Shown here piece by piece: positions 46,525 to 54,407 of a stretch of DNA of 64,000 nucleotides. Below the pieces are notes generated by a model. The model saw only the letters and a list, made by a program, of their open reading frames with translations, was not told where the DNA came from and did no database searches. Numbering within the stretch: position 1 is the first letter of the stretch; each line of letters starts with the position of its first letter. Where the stretch lies: positions 18,173-82,172 of IMG/VR virus record IMGVR_UViG_3300009610_000003. One strand, 5' to 3'. A program made the translations under genes and the position numbers. The DNA is from a virus.

Positions 46525-46553
46525 ATGATACGATCCTTTTTTCAAACCGGCAA
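46525..46553 (-). promoter_or_regulatory. AAGGATCG-class promoter
   Basis: TTGCCG-gtttgaaaaAAGGATCG-TATCAT (17-bp spacer). Confidence 0.7.
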
Positions 46554-46556
46554 ATT

Positions 46557-47438
46557 TCAACCAGCTTCGGCATAAATTCCGTTTCGAAACAATTGCTTCG
46601 GTCGGCCCTCGCCCAAGCGCGTGCGCTCGTACTTGTCGAATTCGCACAGCACGTTCTGGACATCCTGCCCATCGGGAACGGGCCAGCCCATGTTGACGAA
46701 CAGCGGTTCAAGCGCGTCCTGTAGCTCGCTGACCCGCAACCGGAACTCATCTTCCTTCCAGCTACGATCTTTGGGCAGGCTCATGACCCGGTTCATGCCG
46801 CGCTGGCTTCCCGGCCCGGACGCGCAGAACGTGTTCCAATCTTTCGCTTGTCGCAACACCCCGTGGTGCTTGGTATCGGCGACGATCTGCGCCGACATGA
46901 ACGAACCCAGCCCGTGCCACAGGCCGAGTGCCATGTGCCAGCCCGTCAGCGTGTCGCCAGCCTGCGGCCTGATCTTCTCGCGGCCCTTCCACAACGGCCC
47001 CAGCACATCATGGGCGAGGTACTTGGCCTTGCCGCCGGGCACGCCGCTGTGCGCGCCAATCATGTAGGCCGCGCCGAATGCCTTCTCACCGCGCTTCTGG
47101 CGGCTTTCCATGATTTCGATGAACAGGTCGGCATTCCATGGCAGGGGAACCCCGCCGAACGCTTCCAGCGTCGGGACGTGGTTCACATGCCGGGCAACGG
47201 CGAATGCGTGCCACAGGTCAGGCTCGTCGGCGTGCGGGTCACCCCAGTTCTGGCGCAGCCACGCGGTCACCGCGTCCAATTCCCTGTACACGTTGCAAAA
47301 TCGGAACTTCTGGAAGATCGGGTCGTCCGTCCAGTTCTTGGCAGGCTCCCCGGCTGTGCGCCGGATGTAGATCAGGTGCCGCTCCCGGCTGAAATTCCAC
47401 ACGTCTTCGACGCGCATCCGCTCGTTGATGTCGATCAC
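46557..47438 (-). CDS. aGPT-Pplase1 / 5-hmdU DNA kinase-like protein
   Basis: ERH.IYIRR..G....WTDDPIFQKFRFCNVYRELD, GLGSFMSAQIVAD, GPGS.RG, QNVLCEFDKYER. GTG start overlaps the upstream stop. Confidence 0.85.
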   Translation of the reverse strand: MIDINERMRVEDVWNFSRERHLIYIRRTAGEPAKNWTDDPIFQKFRFCNVYRELDAVTAWLRQNWGDPHADEPDLWHAFAVARHVNHVPTLEAFGGVPLPWNADLFIEIMESRQKRGEKAFGAAYMIGAHSGVPGGKAKYLAHDVLGPLWKGREKIRPQAGDTLTGWHMALGLWHGLGSFMSAQIVADTKHHGVLRQAKDWNTFCASGPGSQRGMNRVMSLPKDRSWKEDEFRLRVSELQDALEPLFVNMGWPVPDGQDVQNVLCEFDKYERTRLGEGRPKQLFRNGIYAEAG

Positions 47439-47779
47439 GCTGCCTTCTTCCTCTTCTTTTTCTTGGGGACCTCGGCCACCGGCACTGCGACCGGCTCTGC
47501 CTTGGCCTTCGGTTTCCGTTTCTTCCTCGGTGTCTTGGGCGGGGTCAGCTTGGTCGCCGGGGTGGTCAGCGAGATGAACCGGTGATCGAAGTCGTGGGTC
47601 ACATCGACAGACCACAGGCCAGCCGCCTTGGCCTCGCGAACGGTCATGCCGTCCTTGTACAGATCGAACCTCTTGTGTGCCGCCGACCCCTCCTTCTTGG
47701 GGTTTGCCCGGCCCTCGGTGATCACGTGGATGATCGCATCTTCCCGGATGCGGGGACGCTGCGGTTTTGTGGTTGCCAT
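47435..47779 (-). CDS. NPKK-domain protein with Lys-rich tail
   Basis: NPKKEGSAAHKRFDLYKDGMTVREAKAAG..D..FISL followed by KKTPRKKRKPK..KKKKRKK. Confidence 0.75.
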   Translation of the reverse strand: MATTKPQRPRIREDAIIHVITEGRANPKKEGSAAHKRFDLYKDGMTVREAKAAGLWSVDVTHDFDHRFISLTTPATKLTPPKTPRKKRKPKAKAEPVAVPVAEVPKKKKRKKAA

Positions 47780-47836
47780 TTAAGCGATCCTTTTTCGGAA
47801 TTGGAAACAACCAGCAACCCAAACATGCTTCAGGGC

Positions 47837-49381
47837 TTATTTCAATTGGTACGCCCGGAATGAATTCTGTGGTTCCACGATGGTCAATTTCTGCTTGGCC
47901 CTCGTCGTTGCCACGTACCACACGCGCGCCTCGTCATCGTGCAGGGGGCCATGGCTGGCAGCTTTCACATCGTGCCGAACCATGTCGGTCAGCAAGATGA
48001 CATGGTCAGCCTGCCCGCCCTTTGCCCCGTGTATCGTTGATATTTTGATCTTGGGTCGCTCGGTCAGTTTCTGACCGCCCTTCAGCACTGCGATAATGTA
48101 TGTGCGCTCTTCCACGCTGACCCGTGTCAGGGCTTCATGCCAGATGGCCTCTGTGCGCAGACCCCCGCTGGTCTTCAGATCGGACAGGGTGACCATCTGC
48201 TCGCGATCTGGCCATGCAGGTAGCTTCTTGTGCCCGCGCTCGTAACACTCGCCGACGCTCATCTGGTCATAGATGCCCTCGGCCTCGGCCACCATGACCT
48301 CGCCGCCCCGGCGCAGGCGTTCCCATGCCACGATGGCATCGGTCAGGTCTTTGCGCACTGATGGTTCGCCCTGATATTCGTACAGGACACCATTGCTTCT
48401 GAGCAGCGGCTGAACCGTGTTGCGCAAATAGCGCGTGTTACGCGACAAGATCAGGGTGTCTTCATCCACGCTCGGATTGGCTCTGCCAAACGTAGGCACA
48501 GCCACGACCACACCGCTGCCATCGCGAGCGTCCCACTGCTTTTTGCGACGATGCCCGATGCGGGAAATCAGGCGCAGCGACACAGCCTGCACTTCCGGGG
48601 GGACGCGCCAGCTATGCCCCAGCACGGTCACGTCGCCCGACATATCGATGAAGCGGTCAACTGCGGCCCCGGCCCAGCGATAGATGGCTTGATCGTCGTC
48701 ACCGGCCACCACCACGCGGCGAGCCTTCTTGGCGAGCGCCCCAATCACCTGCCATTGCAACATTGACAGGTCTTGGGCCTCGTCAACGATCACCACTTCG
48801 GGATGCACCACCGACGCACCGCCGCGCTCAACGAACTGGGCAAGCATGTCAGTGTAATCAAGCAAACCGGTCGCTGTTTTATAGGCGGCGAGACTGTCCG
48901 ACAGATACTGGGCATCGTACAAATCCAGCTTGTCGCGTTTTTCCGCGAATTGCTGACGCAGCCCGATGCAACGCACACGCGCCATGTTATCCATGAACAT
49001 GGCACGGTCGCCCGGCAAAACACCCGGTTTGATGATTTCGTTCACCACCCAATTGCCATCGTCATCCATCAAAATAAAATTGCTCAATTTTATCTTGAGC
49101 CATTGACCGAATTCCCGCAGCGCTTCGCCCTGAAGCACCTGCTCGGGCTTGAGGCCAAGCGCCCGAAAACACATGCTGTGCAGCGTGCTGACCCATGGCA
49201 TGTCTATGGGGCTCAGACCGAACTTCTCCACGGCACGGGTCTTGGCCTCTATCGCGGCCCGCTTGGTGAAGCTGACGAAGCTGATGCGTTCTGGCGGCAC
49301 CCCCCGGTCAAGCTCGCGTTCCATCTGTTCCAACAGGTACGTGGTCTTGCCGGTGCCCGGCGGGCCGAGAACGATTTCCAT
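47837..49381 (-). CDS. UvrD-like SF1 helicase coupled to the primase
   Basis: GPPGTGKTT, FTKRAA, STLHS, VDEAQD, GDDDQAIY, STIHGAKGG, YVATTRAK. Confidence 0.95.
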   Translation of the reverse strand: MEIVLGPPGTGKTTYLLEQMERELDRGVPPERISFVSFTKRAAIEAKTRAVEKFGLSPIDMPWVSTLHSMCFRALGLKPEQVLQGEALREFGQWLKIKLSNFILMDDDGNWVVNEIIKPGVLPGDRAMFMDNMARVRCIGLRQQFAEKRDKLDLYDAQYLSDSLAAYKTATGLLDYTDMLAQFVERGGASVVHPEVVIVDEAQDLSMLQWQVIGALAKKARRVVVAGDDDQAIYRWAGAAVDRFIDMSGDVTVLGHSWRVPPEVQAVSLRLISRIGHRRKKQWDARDGSGVVVAVPTFGRANPSVDEDTLILSRNTRYLRNTVQPLLRSNGVLYEYQGEPSVRKDLTDAIVAWERLRRGGEVMVAEAEGIYDQMSVGECYERGHKKLPAWPDREQMVTLSDLKTSGGLRTEAIWHEALTRVSVEERTYIIAVLKGGQKLTERPKIKISTIHGAKGGQADHVILLTDMVRHDVKAASHGPLHDDEARVWYVATTRAKQKLTIVEPQNSFRAYQLK

Positions 49382-51069
49382 CAGATTTCTTTGGCCGGGG
49401 GTTGCGGGGGTTGCGCTGGTGCAGGCTGCTTGCCCACAAGGGTGTATGGCACCCACCATACATTGGTGCCCTTTTTACCCTTCAGCCAGAAGAAGGCGTG
49501 GTCACCGCCCAGCGCCCGGATGCGCGTCACGATCTGCCCCCGGCTATGCGTGGTGAAATTGGCATCGGTTAAGTAATTTTGCAGGTCTTTCAACCGGAAG
49601 TAGAACTTCCATTTCTTGATCGTAGTATCACCGCGACATATTCGGCAGATGTCCTTGGTTTTAACAGTTACGCCCGTACCATCACACGCTTCACAACGAT
49701 AATCTTTCTCGTCACTGTCATCCAGCCACGTGCGTTTTAACAAAATGTCATCGCGGGTTTCGGCAAAATTCGTATTGGTGATGAAGTCTTCCAACAATTC
49801 AACGAACTGCCCCGGCAACCCGGCTTCCGATGAAACTTCGATCTTGGTGACGCCGCCCTCGGAACCTGTCAGGCTATTCAGTATTTTCGACCACGCCGAC
49901 TGCTTCATCTCATCGAAGAAAATGAAGATTTTCCGGCCCACAATACGCTGGAAATTGCGATACAAAATCAGGTCTTCGGTCAGGAATTCAATGCGCGTGT
50001 CGTTGACATCGACAAACCACACAGGCGGGTCTGTGCACAGCACCGAGAGGCCACCGATGATCGGCAAGCCATGCTCGCCACCGCTCGCCACGCCATGCTT
50101 GCGCGTGCGGCACAGCGCCGAGTTGCAATGAGCGACGATGGGGTGTTCCTTGCAACCGTAATAGTACGTTTTCTTTTCCAGCCGGTTGAGGATGTCCACC
50201 ACCTCGGCTGATGGCAGTGGCGGGCGCACGAAGTCACGGTTCCAGCGCTCAACAGCATCCTTCCATTTCGAACCGAATTTCTTCTTGGCAAAAATCCCGT
50301 ATTGAAAAAGGCCCATGTTGCGACTGCCCTCGCCCAGCCCGACCTTGGCCAGATGCTGCAAGCAGGGCGGCCCATCCGTGAACTCGGGGTCGGCATTCGG
50401 GTCGTCTTCCCGCAAGGTCTTGGTCTTGTTGCTACCCTTCTTCAACAGCCATTCCGGTGGCTGCGCGAGGCTGTCGGCAAGGTCAAGGAATTCAGGCAAC
50501 GACATGAACGTCTTGCCGTCTTCGTTGTAGGCGTGCCGCGTGTCGCCGAAATAGGGCATGTTCAACCAGCTTCCCATGTCGCCGCGAGCCCAATCGACCC
50601 GTTGCTGCTTGGGGAAAACCTCGCTGTTGCCATGACCCAGCAGGGCGGCGATTTCCTTCAGGCGGAACTGCACCACATTGGCCTCTATCGGCTTGGACAG
50701 GAACAGGAAAAGATGGACGCCGCCCGACTTGCTGGCGCAGGCGATCAACGGCAATTTTTCCTTCTTCATCTGCCGCAACAGTTCCGGGACATCGACGCCG
50801 TAATCATCGATGTCGATCACGCCCCAAAGGCATGTGTTATTATCCCGTATCGGAATGATGCCCAGCGGCGTGGTGCCTTTCAGATGCTTTTGCCACAGCG
50901 CCAGCGTCACAGGCGCACGCTTGGTGTAGGCGGTCGATTTGATTTCAACCTTGCCGCCAAAAATAGCGGTGATCGTGGCATCCGGGTCATAGCCGCCATA
51001 AGCCGCCACATAGCCTTCGAAACGCAGCATCATGCGCTTGGCCAGCGCCTCGTCGTCTTCTTCGGTCAT
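49381..51069 (-). CDS. Archaeo-eukaryotic-type primase with PriCT-like domain
   Basis: WGVIDID, SKSGGVHLFLF, EVFPKQ, LNMPYF, PPCL..EGSRN, PPLP..EV. Confidence 0.85.
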   Translation of the reverse strand: MTEEDDEALAKRMMLRFEGYVAAYGGYDPDATITAIFGGKVEIKSTAYTKRAPVTLALWQKHLKGTTPLGIIPIRDNNTCLWGVIDIDDYGVDVPELLRQMKKEKLPLIACASKSGGVHLFLFLSKPIEANVVQFRLKEIAALLGHGNSEVFPKQQRVDWARGDMGSWLNMPYFGDTRHAYNEDGKTFMSLPEFLDLADSLAQPPEWLLKKGSNKTKTLREDDPNADPEFTDGPPCLQHLAKVGLGEGSRNMGLFQYGIFAKKKFGSKWKDAVERWNRDFVRPPLPSAEVVDILNRLEKKTYYYGCKEHPIVAHCNSALCRTRKHGVASGGEHGLPIIGGLSVLCTDPPVWFVDVNDTRIEFLTEDLILYRNFQRIVGRKIFIFFDEMKQSAWSKILNSLTGSEGGVTKIEVSSEAGLPGQFVELLEDFITNTNFAETRDDILLKRTWLDDSDEKDYRCEACDGTGVTVKTKDICRICRGDTTIKKWKFYFRLKDLQNYLTDANFTTHSRGQIVTRIRALGGDHAFFWLKGKKGTNVWWVPYTLVGKQPAPAQPPQPPAKEI

Positions 51070-51133
51070 TGATCGCACCTGTGCAGGCCCAGCCGGGTGG
51101 CGTTCCCGGCTGGGTTGGGTTGAGGTTCAGGGC

Positions 51134-52027
51134 TCAGATTTCGTCGCTGACTTCGCCGCCGCCGCCATCCCCGGCGTAGTCTTCGGCCCCGGCCCGGACG
51201 GTGCCCGCCTTGGCCGCCTCGTACATGGCCTTGCCCATGGCCCGGATGGACGCATTGGGGATCACGTCGCCGTCAGCAATGGTGCCGACGAAGAAGCTGC
51301 CCTTCTTGTTCTCACGCGCCTTGCTGCCGACGATGTATTTGCGCCACCAGACAGGCTGCTTGACCAGCACCAGTTCCCCGGTGTCCGGGTGGGCGACCTC
51401 GGTCATGAAGCCACCCGCCATCGTCGTCCACTGGCGGCTGGTGGTGTGCCCCGTCGAAGAGAACGGGATCACCGCAGGCTGCGGGTGGTCGTTGTTGATG
51501 ATGTGCCCGAAGTGGTAGCGGGTTTCGATCAGGTCGTTGTTGCTCTCGGGGGCCTTCCACACGGATTTGTTGGGGTCGTTGGGGTCGCGTCCCTTCCGCC
51601 CGCCAATCTTGCGCATGGCGCTTTCCACGTCGCCGTCCAGCGGGTAGCGGGCAATGAAGCCGCCGCCCTCGGTGCGAGGCACCCATTCAACGATGCCCTT
51701 GTCCAGATAGCAGTATTGGAATTCCAGCATCGGCTTGCCGGTGCGCTCGGACATGGCCTTGTCGCCAGCCCAAAGCTGCTTGGTCGCCCGGTTCATGTAC
51801 ATCCCGGCCTCGGCCCCTTCGACGTAGTTGTTGGGGTCGCGCTTCTTGACCTCGGGGCTCATGTCCTGAAGCAACAGGATGATGGGTATCAAATTGTCTT
51901 CCGCAGCGGTGGAAATGCCCGCCCCTGCGTCGGCGATCAATTCCTTCAGCATGTCGTCGGTGATGGTCACGCCACCCCCGTTGCCGCCGCGTGTGGCGAC
52001 TTCTTGCTTTTTCTCTGCACGTGCCAT
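51134..52027 (-). CDS. Conserved replication protein, putative ssDNA-binding
   Basis: IP.I.LLQ.MSPEV..YVEGAE.G..EWVPR..GGG..ETRYH, acidic tail, located in the replication operon. Confidence 0.65.
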   Translation of the reverse strand: MARAEKKQEVATRGGNGGGVTITDDMLKELIADAGAGISTAAEDNLIPIILLLQDMSPEVKKRDPNNYVEGAEAGMYMNRATKQLWAGDKAMSERTGKPMLEFQYCYLDKGIVEWVPRTEGGGFIARYPLDGDVESAMRKIGGRKGRDPNDPNKSVWKAPESNNDLIETRYHFGHIINNDHPQPAVIPFSSTGHTTSRQWTTMAGGFMTEVAHPDTGELVLVKQPVWWRKYIVGSKARENKKGSFFVGTIADGDVIPNASIRAMGKAMYEAAKAGTVRAGAEDYAGDGGGGEVSDEI

Positions 52028-52032
52028 TTAGA

Positions 52033-52644
52033 CTACTCCTTTGCTTTGCTGATCTTGACTATACGTCCGATAGTGCCGCCGATGACATCCAGCGGCGGCA
52101 TCACTTTGTGGGGGTTCTGGCTCTGGTGCATTTCCTTCAGCCACGCCGTCAGCGTCATGTGATGCACGGCCCGCTGACGGGACACATCGGCCATCTGGAA
52201 CCGCTGACGGATCAGTTGCTCGGCCAGCCGGGCTTCATCGTCCGCACCTTTCGGGAACGCGACGGTGATGATGTTTTTAATCAAATCACCAGCACCATGT
52301 TCGTCCAGCCACGCGAGGCCGGGGTGCTGCTGGTCGTCCACCGGGATGAGCGCCTTGTAGTACGGCCCGGCCTGAAACTTCCTGTCGCCCACCTGAAGCA
52401 GGCTCACGCCAGCTTCATCCATCATGTCAACGAGGCTCGCCGTCAGGATGGTGTCCCGGCGGGCTCGCAGTTCCTTGATGCGCGCTTCGTTTTTCGCGAT
52501 GCGCTCGTCTATGTCGATGACTTCTTCCGCCAGCGCCTGCATACTCTCAAGCGTGGGCCGTTCAGACGCCGCTTCCTCCCCTTCCGGGAAGGCCGCAGCA
52601 AGAGCCTCTGCCGCAAGCTCTGCGGCCAAGTCAGTGTCTGCCAT
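52033..52644 (-). CDS. Conserved replication-module protein
   Basis: Coiled-coil N-terminus, WL.EHG.GDLIKN..VHHMTL.AW.KE. Confidence 0.75.
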   Translation of the reverse strand: MADTDLAAELAAEALAAAFPEGEEAASERPTLESMQALAEEVIDIDERIAKNEARIKELRARRDTILTASLVDMMDEAGVSLLQVGDRKFQAGPYYKALIPVDDQQHPGLAWLDEHGAGDLIKNIITVAFPKGADDEARLAEQLIRQRFQMADVSRQRAVHHMTLTAWLKEMHQSQNPHKVMPPLDVIGGTIGRIVKISKAKE

Positions 52645-52673
52645 GTCGGGTATTCCTCGTCAGTTGCCCCTTG

Positions 52674-52702
52674 ACGGTACGCCCCTTATTTTTGATGGGC
52701 AA
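52674..52702 (-). promoter_or_regulatory. Promoter of the replication operon (AAGGGGCG variant)
   Basis: TTGCCC-atcaaaaatAAGGGGCG-TACCGT (17-bp spacer). Confidence 0.6.
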
Positions 52703-52730
52703 TGACCAGCTATTGTTTTTTCGGGGACGG

Positions 52731-52871
52731 AAAAACCAATAGCAAACCAATAGGTGCCTAACCCATTGAAAAAGCCCGCATATACGTGAACACCTATTAG
52801 ATTTTTACACTATTGCCTCGCGCGGGCTTTTTATTTTTAAGGTTTCCCGTATAGGCGAGCTTTTATAAGAG
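52731..52871. repeat. AT-rich element with internal direct and inverted repeats, copy B
   Basis: AAACCAATAG twice, then AAAAGCCCGCATATACGTGAA...TTCCCGTATAGGCGAGCTTTT. Confidence 0.8.
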
Positions 52872-52887
52872 GTGGGGGTGGGTGGGG

Positions 52888-52916
52888 TTTCCCCATCTAA
52901 ATAAGGATCGTACACT
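52888..52916 (+). promoter_or_regulatory. AAGGATCG-class promoter
   Basis: TTTCCC-catctaaatAAGGATCG-TACACT, with an ATG 7 nt downstream. Confidence 0.6.
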
Positions 52917-52922
52917 GTGCTG

Positions 52923-54407
52923 ATGACCCTGCACGACATGCCCACCGCCTATGCTCCCCGGACACCGCCGCTGCACCATCAGGCCGAAGCCTTGGCCTGC
53001 GGCTGGAAGAAGCCGTTCTTCGCCTACTTTCTGGAAATGGGGCTGGGCAAGACGCGGGTGCTGATTGACGATTTCCTGCTGAACTACGAGGACGACAGGG
53101 TTGACGGCCTGATCGTGATCGCCCCCAAGGGCGTCTACACGAACTGGCACCGCGACCACAAAGACAACCCCGGCGAGCTTCAGCGGTGGGTCTGGGACAA
53201 GCATCTGGAAACCGCCCGCATGTACCTGTACCGGGCGGGCCGGTGGAAGACCGACAGGCCCGTCATCGACTGGCTCATGGACACCAGCCTGCCCAGCCCC
53301 CGCGTGCTGGTCATCAACATCGAAAGCCTCGCGGCCACCCCGGATGCCATCGGGCTGATCAAGAAGTTCTGCGCCACCCACCGCACCATGATGGTCGTGG
53401 ACGAAAGCACGGTCATCAAGACCTTCGACGCCAAGCGCACCAAGTGGCTGCACAAGCTGTCGCGGCTGGCCAAGATGCACCGCATCATGACCGGCTCGCC
53501 GTCCACCGGCTCGCAGTCGGACCTCTGGGCGCAATTCGAGTTTCTGCGCCCCGGCCAGAACCCGCTGGGCTTCACCAGCTTCCGGGTGTTTCAGGCGCGC
53601 TTCAACAAGATGATCGACGTGTACACGGGCGTGCGCACCGTCAAGAAGGAAGGCGGCCCCGCCAACACCGACGAGCTTGCCCGCCTCGTCGGCCTGCACA
53701 GCTTCCGCAGGCGCAAGGCCGAGTGCCTTGACCTGCCGCCCAAGGTCTACCGCCGCTGGGAAGTGGAACTGACCAAGGAACAGCGGGGCGTCTACGACGA
53801 GTTGCGCGATTTCGCGCTGGCCAAGGTGCACGGCCACGAAGCCACGACCCAACTGGTGATCACCCAGTTGATGCGGATGCACTCGGTGATCTGCGGCCAC
53901 GTGCGCACCGACGATGGCGTCCTGCGCCTTCTGCACAGCAACCGCATGGCGGCTGTAGAGGCCATCGTGGGCGCGAGCGAAGAGCAGGCGGTGATCTGGT
54001 GCCACTGGCGGGCCGACGCCGCTCTGGTGGCCGGGGAACTGCGCAAGCTCTACGGCGAGGATGCCGTGGCCGAATGGCACGGTGGCGTCAGCACCGCCCA
54101 GCGCGAGGAATACGAGGCCCAGTTCCAAGGCGGCAGGCGGCGCTTCATGGTCGCCACCGACCAAGCCGGGGGGCGCGGGCGAACGTGGACGGCGGCCACG
54201 CTGGTGATCTACTACAGCAACGGTTACGACTGGGAACTGCGCGAGCAGTCGGAAGACCGCACCCACCGCATCGGCACGCGGGGGACGGTCACCTACGTTG
54301 ACATCGTCGCCCCCGGAACCGTCGATGAGAAAATCCTGATGGCGCTGCGCACCAAGCGCGACATCGCCCGTGCCGTGGTCAACGATGGCTTGCAGGCGTG
54401 GATATGA
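52923..54407 (+). CDS. SNF2-like SF2 helicase
   Basis: EMGLGKT, VVDEST.IK, MTGSP, DLPPK, QSEDRTHRIG. Confidence 0.92.
   Translation: MTLHDMPTAYAPRTPPLHHQAEALACGWKKPFFAYFLEMGLGKTRVLIDDFLLNYEDDRVDGLIVIAPKGVYTNWHRDHKDNPGELQRWVWDKHLETARMYLYRAGRWKTDRPVIDWLMDTSLPSPRVLVINIESLAATPDAIGLIKKFCATHRTMMVVDESTVIKTFDAKRTKWLHKLSRLAKMHRIMTGSPSTGSQSDLWAQFEFLRPGQNPLGFTSFRVFQARFNKMIDVYTGVRTVKKEGGPANTDELARLVGLHSFRRRKAECLDLPPKVYRRWEVELTKEQRGVYDELRDFALAKVHGHEATTQLVITQLMRMHSVICGHVRTDDGVLRLLHSNRMAAVEAIVGASEEQAVIWCHWRADAALVAGELRKLYGEDAVAEWHGGVSTAQREEYEAQFQGGRRRFMVATDQAGGRGRTWTAATLVIYYSNGYDWELREQSEDRTHRIGTRGTVTYVDIVAPGTVDEKILMALRTKRDIARAVVNDGLQAWI

Noticed and set aside
47780-47796. AAAAAGGATCG as another promoter (similar cases at ~57340 and ~31001)
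   Set aside because: At 47780 and 57340 the AAGGA is positioned as a ribosome-binding site and no TA-type -10 follows. The 31001 copy is antisense inside a CDS with poor -35 and -10 boxes.
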